In this document: positions 11,227-23,589 of the stretch, one piece after another | Layout of the letters: each line of letters begins with the position of its first letter | How positions within the stretch are numbered: position 1 is the stretch's first letter | NCBI GenBank assembly: GCA_951406725.2 | Contig: OX597817.1 | Coordinates: 99,882,001-99,946,000, forward strand | Direction: 5' to 3' | Length of the DNA stretch: 64,000 nucleotides | Source: Octopus vulgaris | Lineage: Eukaryota | Notes under the pieces: generated by a model | Database searches by the model: none | What the model was told of the DNA's origin: nothing | The model's input: only the letters and a program-made list of their open reading frames with translations | Translations under genes and position numbers: made by a program

Positions 11227-12574
11227 TATATGTATGTGTGTGTGCATACGTGTAAACATGTGTGTGTGTATGCATGTGTGTGTGCATGCATGCATGTGTG
11301 TGTGTATGTATGTACGTATGTATGTGTTTATGTATATGTGTATGTGCGTATGTATGTATGTATATGTGTGTATGTATGAATGTATGTATGTGTATGTATG
11401 TATGTGTGTGTGTATGTGTGTATGTATGTATGTATGTGTATGTTTGTTTGTGTGTGTATGTGATTAAATGTGTGAATGTATGTATGTATGTGTGTGTACG
11501 TATGTATGTGTGTGTGTGTGAATGTATGCGTGTGTGCGTGGGGTTTCCTCTGGGGTTGTGTGGGCGTAATGTACATGCGCGTGACGTGCGTGTATGTTTC
11601 TGTATAAGGATTAAAAAAAAAAAAAGGAGAGGGAGGGAGAAAGAGAGGTGGAGCGCAGACACTAAGAGGAGGGGGCTATGTTGAGTCCGTGTGGGGTATT
11701 GATTTGTAGAGTGAAGATGAAGCGTTGCTCCAAGTGGAGCCTGGATTGTGGAAGACCATTGTGTGGGGCGAGACCAAACACTGAGATGTCATCGGGGGGA
11801 ATGGCTGGCCGAGCGGAGCCACACAGAGAGGCTGTCACACACAAACATGTGTGTGTATCTCTTATTATAAAAGGCAAATTTTATCTGCCTCCCTTTGTCT
11901 CTTATAGAAATCTACAATATAGGATTTCTTCAATTACAATTTACCTAGCATTTTTAAGAGTAGAATACATCGGGTCGTGCCAGGTCCAGTTTTTAAAATT
12001 TCAACCCCAATTAAGCAAAATTTCGAGAAAACTCACATTGTGGTGTGTAAGTGAAGTGCTTTTCTTAGTGTGGGCTACAGCACACACACACACACACACA
12101 CAAACGGAGCGAACTGCTTCACTGATGCTATCACCCTAATTTCTCCTCCTTTCTCTTTGCAAGTGTGCAACCATTAAAGTGAAAGTATTTATATAAAACG
12201 AGAGAAGTGTACCTTAAACCACTACTTAAAAAAAAACAACACAGCAAACAGAAACAAATAAATACATAACGATTTACTCCTCACACAATTTCTTCAATTA
12301 GAGTTTACCTATGATTTTTCAAAGTACTTCCATTCGGTCATGGCATACAAAATTTCTTTCAATTTCACCCCCATTTCAGAAAAAATTCGAGAAAACTAAA
12401 TATTTTACCATTTCACTCTTTCACTCTGCATTCCCACTTCCTCTTTACACACATAGACACGCAAATATATAAATAAAATTGTAAGCTAACGTGTGTGTGT
12501 GTGCGTGTGAGTGTGTGCGTGTGTGTGAGGGTGCGTGTGTGTGTGTGTGTGTGTGTGTGCGTGTGTGTGACAGG

Positions 12575-13091
12575 AAAGTTTTTTAGGACGAATATAAGAT
12601 CTAAAGTATATCCAAGTTGCAGAAAGATCGCCCAAAAGTGTATATAGATATTTAAATGTATTTATATATTCATCTATACACAGATGTATGTATAATGTGT
12701 GTGTATATATTTCTATAGAGGTAACCTTTCACTCCATACAAAGTTTTTTAGGACGAATATAAGATCTAAAGTATATCCAAGTAGCAGAAAGATCGCCCAA
12801 AAGTGTATATAGATATTTAAATGTATTTATATATTCATCTATACACAGATGTATGTATAATGTGTGTGTATATATTTCCATAGACGTAATCATTCACTCC
12901 GCACAAAGTTTTTTAGGACGAAAATAAGATCTAAAGTTATCTCTAAGAAACAGAAAGATCGCCCAAAAGTGTATATAGATATTTAAATGTATTTATATAT
13001 TCATCTATACACACATGTATGTATAATGTGCGTGTATATATTTCCATAGAGGTAACCATTCAATCCATACAAAGTTTTTTAGGACGAAAAT
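12575..13091. repeat. 165-bp tandem repeat, three units plus a partial unit, inside the Helitron
   Basis: aaagttttttaggacgaa starts at 12575, 12740, 12905 and 13071. Confidence 0.95.
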
Positions 13092-13319
13092 ATTTATATA
13101 TAAAAGAAAGGTTGTGTGTCTGTCTACTCCGATTTAGATTCCTAACTACTCCCACATTTTGCGATGCAGTTTAACCAAAACTGGGTATCTTATAGTCGTG
13201 ATTCATATCGAGCCCTTCTGGGTATTAGCGCGCGTCTACGATGAGTCTACGATTTTACAAATAATTTACCATCATTTTTTCCATTTTAATGCATATTTCT
13301 TTAAATAAAAGGAAGTAAC

Positions 13320-13815
13320 TCTCAAACTTCACACCAATATGCATGCTCATATGCGACGTAATATCACATCAGCAGCATTTCCTCAAACTCTCCTTGCACT
13401 TGGCGAAGGCAAAATACCAGGGGATGAAAATAGTAATATTGCCATCGATTCCATTTGTACCATTGTTAAGACGCCTTCTGATCTCAGAGATGCAGTGTTC
13501 CCAGATCTACAAGCTAATTATCAGAATATGGATTGGATTGGCAAAAAGGCTATACTGCCCCCCCCCCCTCAGGAATAAAACTGTTCACCATATTAATGAT
13601 GAAATGCTAAAAATCATTCCTGGGGAAGTCTATGTATATCAGTCTATCGATACAACTCCTGACCCAGAAGACGTCATCAACTATCCAATAGAGGTACTAC
13701 CACCACACTTTCTCAAACTTAAAGTTGGTGCCCCTATAATGCTCATCAGAAATTTGGTTCCCCCAAAACAATGCAATGGCACACGTTTGATCGTTAAGTC
13801 CTTATCTCCCAGCGT
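13320..13815 (+). pseudogene. Helitron RepHel PIF1-helicase fragment (frameshift in the poly-C near 13560)
   Basis: LLALGEGKIP...VFPDL...KAIL(P)P/RNKTVHHINDEML...YQSIDT...NYPIE...PPHFLKLKVGAPIMLIRNL..PKQCNGTRLIV. Confidence 0.9.
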
Positions 13816-13918
13816 AAACTTATATCAATATTTGCCTGAATAATCATCATAATTCAGTGCAATCATTAACAGTACTTTCAAGCAATTCAGCCCCGAGCAA
13901 CGCCGGGCAATTCTGCTA

Positions 13919-13953
<35 letters not shown>

Positions 13954-14139
13954 GACACACACAAACACATATAGACATACATAAACACACAAACACACCC
14001 ACACACATACAAATATTTACACACATGTATACACCCACACATACATATATACAAACACATACAAATATTTACACATGTATATATACATACATATGCACAC
14101 AGTCCTACACACTGACCAGGTAGTTTGGAACAGCAGCAG

Positions 14140-14189
<50 letters not shown>

Positions 14190-14234
14190 CATACATATAT
14201 ATATACACACACACACAAACACATGTATATATAT

Positions 14235-15477
14235 GGATCTAGTTTTTTCCATTTGCAAAATATGCATTTTTTAAAAGACAGTAAAAAATATGAAAATCGG
14301 CTACAATAATGTGTAGTCTTCCAATCTCATTGCTTTGAAGGTATGATGTGAAGAAAAATTTTTGAGAAAAAAGTTACAGAGGTTTAAATATCAAAGAAAA
14401 AACTATATTTTTAGACAAATTTTTTGCGTTTTGTGGACTGGTGTCAACTTTCAGGTTGTACCCTGTGAAATTTAGAGTTTAGCATCTGACCTGTTCATTG
14501 TAGGTTTCTAAATAAACAGAAATAATAAAATCATGTATCATCTTACTGTTTCTTTTGTCTCTTCATTGATTGTATGGTTTTATCATTTTTTTAAAATTTG
14601 TAATATTAATATATTTGTCTGCATGTGTTTATGAGTATTTCAGTATTATGTATACCTGTCATGTATTTGTGTACATCATTAATATATAAGTGCATGTGGA
14701 CATGTGTATTCATACATAAGTTTATACGTACATTTATGCTTTCATGTGTGTGTCTATCTCCAAAACTCCGAAGTTGAGTAATGTTTTCATGCTTGGATTT
14801 GTAAATTATGATAAGAATAACACAGGTCAACTAAAAATTTGTCCCAAAGAAAACAATGTCTGTATCATACATTTTTGTATGCAGAATTCAAAAATAATGT
14901 CAAATTATCTGTAAAACCTACAGTTTCTCTGTTTCACAATATCCATCTCAGTTCTTGTTCGTGGGCTAAATTTCAGTTAAGCTGCTGAAATTTGAAGATA
15001 ACGGTTTAAGAAATACTCCTAATTAAAATTTCTATGACCAGAATTAAACTAGAGAAATCAAAAATCCAGTTATCTGAGTCAAAGAGTCCCAAAAATACAT
15101 GAAATAAAAAATATGTAAAAATAGTAACACACAGAAAAATATGTAATATACTAACACACAGAGAAATTAAAACAAAACACGCAGGTGAAAAGAATCTTGT
15201 GGTGTGAAGAATTAAGTGTTAAAAATCAACAGGCAACAGTGAACCACAACACAGTGTGTGGTTGTCATGGTAACAAGCTGCTAATGCCACGCTGTGTGAT
15301 GATTGGCTAAAATTACCCAACTTTAATGCCAAATAACATCAGATTCTTACATTTACGAGATAAAGTAATTGGTTGATCGTAGTTAAAATTCAGAGTTACA
15401 TCAAGACACCAAAATTGAAAGCAATCAGAGCAAAATTAAGGGGGGGCTTATTTTGCAAATGAGAATGACTAGATCCC
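14235..15477. mobile_element. Non-autonomous TIR DNA element of about 1.24 kb, superfamily unassigned
   Basis: GGATCTAGTTTTTTCCATTTGCAAAATATGC versus reverse complement GGATCTAGTCATTCTCATTTGCAAAATAAGC; inserted in a TA run; no transposase ORF. Confidence 0.75.
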
Positions 15478-15830
15478 ATATATACGTGTGTGTGTGTGTG
15501 TGTGTGTATATGTATGTATGTATGTATGTATATACACATACATACGTACATATAGAGATGTATATAAATAGTTATATATAGTCATATTTAGTGACAATTA
15601 TGGTTTTCTTTTTTGGTAAACATTGGAAATCATTGTCTATATGTATACACACACACACATATATATATATAAAAAGAAAGAGAAAGAGTGAGTATAAAAG
15701 GGTCTTTAACCTACATGGATTTACACAGGATTCCACCTAAGGACTTACAGACTTAGTTTTACATGATTGGAAAACTGAACTGTGAACTTGAGATGTTTGT
15801 CTTGCCTTAACGTTTGTTGTCCTCTTTAAC

Positions 15831-15864
<34 letters not shown>

Positions 15865-16197
15865 TAGCAGAGATACCCAGCATTGCTCAGGATTAAAATG
15901 GCATAGTTTGTATATATATATTACAGTTATATTGAAATAAGTGATACAAGAAAGTGCAGCATTGACAACAAAACATTTGTGAAGTAAATTTTAAAGCTTT
16001 GCAGGAACAACAATTTGAGTTTAGCACACCAATTTGGAAAGAATTATAATTTTTATAAGAATGGGATGGATCATATCTGAAAGCAACTCCAGGTGTTGTG
16101 AAGAGTGAATTTATTTGTTGTCTGTTTCTGAGAGCTATTCTATCAGGCCTCTGTGTAATCTTGCATGCTAAACATTGTTTTAATGATTCAGCATTAA

Positions 16198-16398
16198 ATG
16201 CTGCAACATGCCTTTAATGATCTTGGGAAAGTCTCATCTCCCTTCTCTCTTGAGACTCCATCCAACATGCTGCAGCATGCCCTTGCTGATCATGGGAAAG
16301 TCTCATCTCCCTCCTCTCTTGAGACTCCATCTGGTGTGCTACAGCATGCCTTCACTGATCTTGAGAAAGTCTCATGTCCCTTATCTCTTGAGACTCTC
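16198..16398. repeat. ~69-bp tandem repeat, three units
   Basis: tgctgca(a/g)catgcc...gatc.tg.gaaagtctcat...ctcttgagactc occurs three times. Confidence 0.9.
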
Positions 16399-17334
16399 AC
16401 CTTCAGCTTTCTGCAATCCTCTTTGCTTGATAGGTGTTTCTGAAGAGATTAGGTTATTTTCTTTGGTGGCATATTTTTTTCAATATTGTAATCAAAAAGT
16501 TATGAACATAGAAAAAATATACATTAATCTCTATTTTTGTAAGCAGTTGAATGTATGTAGCATGTCTGTATTTTTTTTTTTTGCAGTGTAAATTAACCAA
16601 GTATAAGCAAATAGAAAATACCTTGCAACTGCTGTGCTAATTATGAACTGGTAATTCAAAGGTAGATATGTATTTTTATATACCTTGGATGTGCCACCTT
16701 ATTGTTTTTAGCCAAGAGTTTCACCTCCAGACGTTCTCATCACATATGTATATGTAGAGGTGTGTGTGTGTGTTTAATAACATACATAACAAATGAGCAA
16801 TCATACACCCACTCAGAGACACACATTCATATACAAAATGTGACAATACATACACATACACTCTCACATGCAGTCACATACATATAGTAAGAGAGAGACA
16901 CATACAGACATACATTCATGCATATCAGTCATCACATATGTATATTATGTTAAGATGTGTGTGTGTGTGTGTGTGTGTGCATATAATAACGTATCTAACA
17001 CGGAAACACACACAGTCACAGAGTCATACACACTCACATACAAAATGTGATGTCATGTTGGTGGGAGTATAAAATGTCCTTTACTATCTCATATGTATCA
17101 AATTCACAAATACACTCATATAAAATGTCCTGTACTATAGTTGAGTATACAAAGATTATGTGTATGAAATGTTATATTGTTTTAATGGAAATGAAAAAAA
17201 ATTACATATTAACAGTCATGGGGTGTAATACTATATAAAAAAAGAGACACACACAGACATACATTCATGCAAGCCAGATGTCACATATGTATGTGTACAT
17301 GCGTGCATGCATGTGTGTGAGTTGAATAATGGGT

Positions 17335-18585
17335 CGAACTAGAGCGTTTGACCTGAGCAAAAAAAAATTTTTAATTAGTGTAATAGGTGTAAAACAACTT
17401 GCTGTAAACAAATATGAAAAAAAATGTGTGCTCACGAATGGGGGTGGGGGAGAGGACTTGGAAAATTCACATCATAAATGTTCCGAGTTGTCTAACCAAA
17501 GCCAAAAGGAGAAAATATAGTGCAATAGGTGTAAAACAACTTGCTGTAAATCAATATGAAAAAGAGTGCGCGCTCGTGAACAGGGGTGGGTGGGGGAGAG
17601 GACTCAGAAAATTCACATCGTCAGACCATGACCTTTAAACTCCAGTGTTTGACCCAAGCAAAAAAAAATTAAAAACCCGTCTAATAGGTGTAAAACAACT
17701 TGCTGTAAATGAATATGGAAAAAAAATGCGTGCTCGCAAACAGGGAGTGAGGGAGAGGACTCGGGAAATTCACATTGTCAGACCATGACCTTCAAACTCT
17801 AGTGTTTGACCTTAGCAAAAAAAATAAAAATAAAAACTAGTGTAATAGGTGTACAACAATTTGGTGTAAACAAATATGAAAAAAATATGCGTGCTTGCAA
17901 ATGGGATGGGCAGAGGACTCAGAAAATTCACATCGTCAGACCATAACTCTAGTGTTTGACCTGAGCAAAAAAAAATAATTAAAATTAGTGCAATAAGTGT
18001 AAAACAACTTGTAAATGAATATAAAAAAAATGCACGCTCATGAATGGGGGGTGGGGGAGAGGACTTGGAAAGTTCACATCGTGAACGTTCCGAGCCAAAA
18101 AAAAGTGTAACAGGTGTAAAACAATTTGCTGTAAACGAATATGAAAATAAATGCATGCTCGCGAACGGGGGTGGGGGAGAGGACTCAGAAAATTCACATC
18201 GTCAGACATTGACCGTTAAACTTTAGTGTTTCACCTGAGCAAAAAGATAAAAATTAGTGTAATAGGTGTAAAACAACTTTCTGTAAAACGAATATGACAA
18301 AAAAAATACGCGCTTGCAAATGTAGGGTTGGGGAGAGGACTCGGAAAATTCACATTGTCATACCATAACTCTAGTGTTTGACCCAAGCAAAAAAAATAAT
18401 TAAAATTAGTGTAATAGGTGTAAAACAACTTGCTGTAAATGAATATGAAATAAAAAAAATGCATGCTCGCGAATGGGGGGGGGAGGATTAAGAAAATTCA
18501 CATCGTCAGACCTTGACCATTAAACTCCAGTGTTTGACCTGAACAAAAAAAAAACTTAGAAAATAGCGTCATAGGTGCACAACAA
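17335..18585 (+). repeat. ~150-bp minisatellite, about 9 units of two unit types
   Basis: aataggtgtaaaacaacttgctgtaaa...ggggagaggactc..aaaattcacat recurs every ~115-160 bp. Confidence 0.9.
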
Positions 18586-18589
18586 ACAA

Positions 18590-20447
18590 GGCATTTGACT
18601 ATTGTGAATACTGACTTTGCCAATTCTTTCCTTTCGATTACAGTGGGTGGTCCCACTCATGCTTCATCATTAGCGACACAGACAAATGCAGGCACTACAA
18701 AATAATCATTCCTGGGGCGACTCCCACTGTCCCACCAAGGGAACATATGAACCACTTATTTTGTCAATCTGGTATTAATGTCATATTTTATGATTTATTT
18801 ACTCCTAGTCATCATTCAGGGATCCTGCTGCAAGATCCCCATGCTGAGAGCTAATTTCTCAGTATATTTTATGTGTGTAGCATAGCCATCCTGCTGAGTA
18901 GTCATTGGAATGACCTGTCTTTAATACCCAAGGCATCTAGAGCACTGCACTCGCAGGCTGGTGCCAGGCACTACAGGCACCAACTGGGAATCCATGCACT
19001 TCTACCAGCTGATCAAACTCTTGCAAAAGCAATGGTATGAGCAGTCGATACTTTCTCAAGAGATACCTCTCTCAAGGCATCTCCTTGCTCCAACTGGACA
19101 GTCACGTTGACTACTACTACTTTCTCAGGATGGCTAAAGACTAAGTCGGGTAGCAGCCTGGAGCCTCCCACAATGTACAAAGGCTCCACACTGATACTCC
19201 AGCCACAGGCGACAGCTTCTTTCACAACCAGATTACAGATTTTGTTCTGTCTGGCAAGTCATGGCCTTTTAAGAGCATCACAAACTCTACAGATGTGAGA
19301 TATCGTCTCCACCACTACTCTACACATTGGACACAAGGAGTCCCCTCATCCACTACGTGTCAAGGTCTCTCGAGTGGGAAATATGTTGGGGTGCATCTTT
19401 AGTAACCCCAAGAAGCACTTCTCTGTAATCCCACCTGGTCTACTTATCCAACTATTGCCAATCGCATCCCCATGAAATGCCGCCGCACACCAGCTGAGCC
19501 GCCCATTTATGGGAGTGCACCATCTATGTCATGGTCATATTCAGTAGCATTATCAGGGAGCAACGGAAAGTTGAAGGAAGCTACTAATTGCTGATTCTGT
19601 TCGGCTAATCTTGCAGAATCAGCAATCTTTTTCATGGTGTATCCCGACGTCAGAAGGCGAAGATTATGGCAGATGACACATTTGGGGATCAGCCTCACCA
19701 TCTGGTGAAGATTTAACCCACCATCATGCCGGCTGCTATATAGAAAGGAAGAAGTGGTATCCAGGAGATGAAGAATCCATCTAGTTCCCACATGAATGAC
19801 CATGTCAAGTCTCTTGAGAATTCCTCTTGACGGCAGCACCTGTGTGAGACTATAAAATAGTCTCGGCAAATAGTTCTGCTGTAACAAGAGGAATTTCTGT
19901 TGGGGTTTCAGTGGAGCCCTGCAAATCTTAGCGATATCCAGGGACACCTGTTCCACTGAATCTAAAGAAAATTCCCAACTTGAGCTCAAAGTCCATGTAA
20001 GAACGGTTCTACCTTTTTCATTGCGATACCATGGAGACTCAGTGGAGAGCTATTGTTGACAAGAAAATCTTGCCCCAGCCATGAATGGAGAACCACGCAC
20101 ATTTACCGATGTTGATTTACCGGCTGTGCGATCAAACTCCAGGCATCTATCCACAAGAGCCTGGAGACCATCACACGACCCAGCAACTAGGAACAAATCA
20201 TCAGTGTATGTGAGTTCTACCATTCTGATACCCTCAACACTGAGACCTCTGCTGTCTGACAGAACATCTAACAATGGGTCGGTCGCAATGTTAAAGAGGA
20301 TTAGCGAGAGTGCGTCCCCTTGTCTAACATCTTGCCGAATCTCGATGGGCTCACTAAGTTGCCCACTGACTGAGAATCTGGTAATGCTACTTTCATAGAT
20401 CCCCTCCACGAACGCTATAATGTGCTCATGGAAGCCAAGCCTGGCAG
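18590..20447 (-). mobile_element. R2-like (restriction-like endonuclease) non-LTR retrotransposon, 5'-truncated and decayed
   Basis: RT VRQGDALSLILFN...YTDDL; R2 hallmarks RAPLKPQQK and YSSRHDGGLN; CCHC knuckle CPMC...ETISHICRVC; RLE EP...LPDLV...VNVTV...EK; C-terminal GFPVGA. Confidence 0.85.
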
Positions 20448-20580
20448 GACCCATTCCTGTAGAGAATGGTGTCAAGCAGGATGACATCCTCACCCCAACT
20501 CCCTTTTCTTTGTACTTTGCTGCTGCTGTTACTCATGTTTTTGCTAAGGTTAACTCTCTGGGGATATCTGGACAAGGGCA
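20448..20580 (+). mobile_element. Inverted RTE RT domain-4 fragment
   Basis: PIPVENGVKQDDILTPTPFSLYF resembles the RTE motif GVKQGCVLAPTLFS. Confidence 0.65.
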
Positions 20581-20589
20581 TCATTTATG

Positions 20590-22780
20590 AGGCACCCATT
20601 CAGGCAGGTATGAAGAATATTTGCCAGAATCTTGCCAGCAGCTGACAGTAGAGCAATGCTTCTATAGTTACCACACATTGTTCTGGCTCTTTTTCCTTTA
20701 TAGAGTGGAAGAATAATTGCTTCCTTTCAGTCCTTAGGTATTGCAACATCCCTCCACACTGCACTAAAAAGTTCATGAAGAGACTGTATGATGTAATCAC
20801 CACCAAATCGCAAGACCTCAGCACAAATTTCATCCTTTCCAGGTGCCCTACCAAGATTCAAATTACTTATTGATGTCATTACTTCATCTATTGAGGGTAC
20901 GGAATTTAAGGAGCCAATGATAGGTCTTTGTTGCATAGTATCCATCACTGTTTCATGGTTTAGGAGTTCAGAGAAGCGTTCAATCAAGCGACCTGCGATT
21001 TCTGTTGATTTAGTAAATAGAGTGGAAGACTCCTTGGAAAGCAAAGGAGCTGATGTGGAGCTCTTAGGCTCATAACCATTCTTGGTAAAGATTCTTACTG
21101 TCATTTGAATCAGCAGCAGCCTGAACATCACGAGCATGATCCTCCTACCAAGTTTTCTGCATCTTTCTGAGAGATCGCTGCAGTAGTGATTTTACGTTGC
21201 ACAACAGAAAGTCCTCTGTGCAGAAATACATTGTGGGCATGGCGCTTTACAGCCAATAGTTGATGAACTTCAGCATCATTTTCATCAAACCAGTCTCAGT
21301 GTCTGGCAGTGACATATCCCAGTGTTTCAGCAATATTTTGAAGAACCTGGTCTTGAAAATCTTCCCATGCTGCAGTATGCGAGTCAGAAGCTCTTTCCTC
21401 AACACAGCATCATATATCTTGTGGACATTCAGACGCCGAGGAATGCTGACTGGCCCTCTTCTCTTTTTCACTTTAATCATCATCTGGAAGTTTGCTCATA
21501 CCAGACTGTGGTATGTCCAGCATTCTGATCCATGAAAGGACTTGACATTACAATTGTCATAGATGACATGTTTGCAGATGATGATATAATCCAGTAAGTG
21601 CCAAACTTTAGACCTTGGTTGCATCCATGTTGTCATGTGATCACCTTTGTGTATAATATGAGTGCTTGCGATGTAAAGTCAATGTTCATCGCAAAGCTCA
21701 AGCAGCATGAGGCCTTTACTATTCATTTTCCCTACTGGAAAATGTCTTAGAGAGTTCCATGTTTGCCAGTCAGTTCCAACCCTGGCATTGAAATCCCCCA
21801 GTAGAATGACCTTATCAGAATTAGGGATTTTTCAGAAGTATGGCTCTCAACTGGGTATAAAAATACTTGTATCTTCATCACAGCTAGTCAAAGTAGGTGC
21901 ATAGGCACCTATTAGAGTAACAAACCGCCCACCTTTCAAGTGAAATCGTAGAGTCATTAGACATTCATTTATAGGAACAGGAAGCCCCTCCAACTCTTTA
22001 AGGATATCAGATCGAACTGCAAAGCCAACACCAGCTTTTCTTCACTCCCGCTTCTGCCTCCATTTCCCAGAAAAGATGTATCCACCTCCAACTTCCTCAA
22101 GCTGACCATCACCTATATGAATCTCTGAAAGTGCAACAACGTCAATGTTATAAAGGTTCAGCCCGTGAGCAACAAGTGCAGTGCGTCTTTCACACCGGCA
22201 ATCACTCTTGTTATCCAACAGAGTGTGCACATTTCAACATGAAATGTTCAAGTTCCATCCAGATTTTGTAAATAAAAGTCTCTTTGTTTTTCAAGTGCAG
22301 GGTGGACATCCATCAGTTGTGCTAAACTGACCAGATATAGAAAGACAGGCAATTTTTGGTACACCTTTTCTAGAACATCTTCCAGCCTCTGGATGAGCAG
22401 TGCTCTCTCCAAATGGAGCTGCTCAGACACCCATGCAGCAACTGAATCCTACTGCTGTCTTGGGCGACTTTATATGTAGCATGGACCACCTACGTGCAGG
22501 TCGCTGACTACATGCTTCACCACCTTCCCATTGCCACAGGACTTCCAAATAAAAAGAAATGTACTAAAAATAAAAATATATATATACTAAAAATACAATA
22601 AATATATATAGGGAAGAAAAATAAAACAAAAAAATGCACATATCGCGCAGAGGTCAGCAATGCCTGTGCAGAGTTTTAGGTTCAATAAGGCTAACACAAC
22701 ACCTCACAGACCCTCTCCACTTTATTGACATTATCCAGAGACAAGCCGGAGCAAGATGTTTGGTGTCAATATGAGTTGCC
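20590..22780 (-). mobile_element. Degenerate RTE (BovB-like) LINE, EN plus N-terminal RT
   Basis: RRTALVAHGLNLYNIDVVALSE, EVGGGYIF, RFSELLN, GRAPGKDEICAEV, IALLSTAGKILANI in shifting frames. Confidence 0.8.
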
Positions 22781-23050
22781 ATGATCTCTAGCACAAACCA
22801 AAGATCCCCAAAATGTCCAATGTCATTCCCTGCATATCTGCTTTTATATCAAAGTGACCTTCTCCTAGAGACATGCTTCAACAAAAGCTGAGGAGTGCCA
22901 CAATCCCAGTGGTCTTTCAGCATGCTGGACACCATTCTGGAATTTGTGCATACCCATGCTATTACTAGATAGCCATTGAGCCTACTCAAGGTTCATCCGA
23001 CCATTCAACAGGTCTTGTTTTTAATCCTGCTGGGTTTCTAGCAACCCTTC

Positions 23051-23105
23051 TCACAAAACTATCTGATGAACGGGAACATGAAACTCTGAGTAAAAGGTTT
23101 TGTGA
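23051..23105 (+). ncRNA. Type-I hammerhead ribozyme motif with canonical core
   Basis: TCACAAAACTAT-CTGATGA-ACG-GGAA-CAT-GAAAC-TC-T-GA-GTA-AAAGGTTTTGTGA: ~11-bp stem I, GUA site at 23090-23092, one C-A mismatch in stem II; AATAAA follows about 20 nt later. Confidence 0.8.
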
Positions 23106-23263
23106 TATTTTTGCTGCTTTTTAATAAAGCATATTACTCTACCTCGTGTCTCTCTCACAACTGTCTAATGGTGGATGGATACGTCTTAGATACATGCAAA
23201 TATAAACCTCCCTATACATATGTACAAGTACACACAATCATATAAACACGTATGCACACTCAC

Positions 23264-23470
23264 ATCATCATCATCATTTAACGTCTGCTTTCCATGCTAG
23301 CATGGGTTGGACGATTTGACTGAGGTCTGGCGAACCAGACTCCTATCTGATCTGGCAGAGTTTCTACAGCTGGATACCCTTCCAAACGCCAACCACTCCG
23401 AGAGTGTAGTGGGTGCTTTTACGTACCAGTTTGGTGGTACTGGCAATGACCACGCCCAAATGGTGCTGCA
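23264..23470 (-). mobile_element. RTE LINE/SINE 3' end with (ATG)n tail
   Basis: Reverse complement of the 3' terminus at 25590-25747. Confidence 0.8.
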
Positions 23471-23589
23471 CACATATATACGTATAATCTTAAACTATAT
23501 ACATATATACATTTATCCATCTACATATATGTCACTATTTTCGCAGACAACGGTTAAAACTGAAAAATTTTTTAAACATATACATACAT

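Larger units (their letters stand above)
8295..11820 (-). mobile_element. Putative 3' portion of a Penelope-like element: EN C-terminus, long CA-rich 3' region interrupted by mariner, hammerhead-bearing pLTR
   Basis: 11662-11800 (-) encodes DISVFGLAPHNGLPQSRLHLEQRFIFTLQINTPHGLN, the typical PLE endonuclease end (R..E...IF.L....P.GLN); hammerhead at 8395-8429; joining these parts into one element is inference. Confidence 0.5.
11858..13919 (+). mobile_element. Composite non-autonomous Helitron
   Basis: A|TCTCTTATTATAAAAG 5' end; CCCGAGCAACGCCGGG hairpin followed by CTAG|T 3' end; a second internal Helitron 5' end near 13092. Confidence 0.85.
15864..18590 (-). mobile_element. Helitron 3' end with associated internal repeats (right boundary uncertain)
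   Basis: A-CTAG-CAGAGATACCCAGCATTGCTCAGG is the reverse complement of a hairpin+CTAG terminus homologous to 13890-13919. Confidence 0.55.

Noticed and set aside
16198-16443. 81-aa ORF with 23-aa repeats
   Set aside because: Explained by the 69-bp tandem repeat; no recognisable domain or splice context
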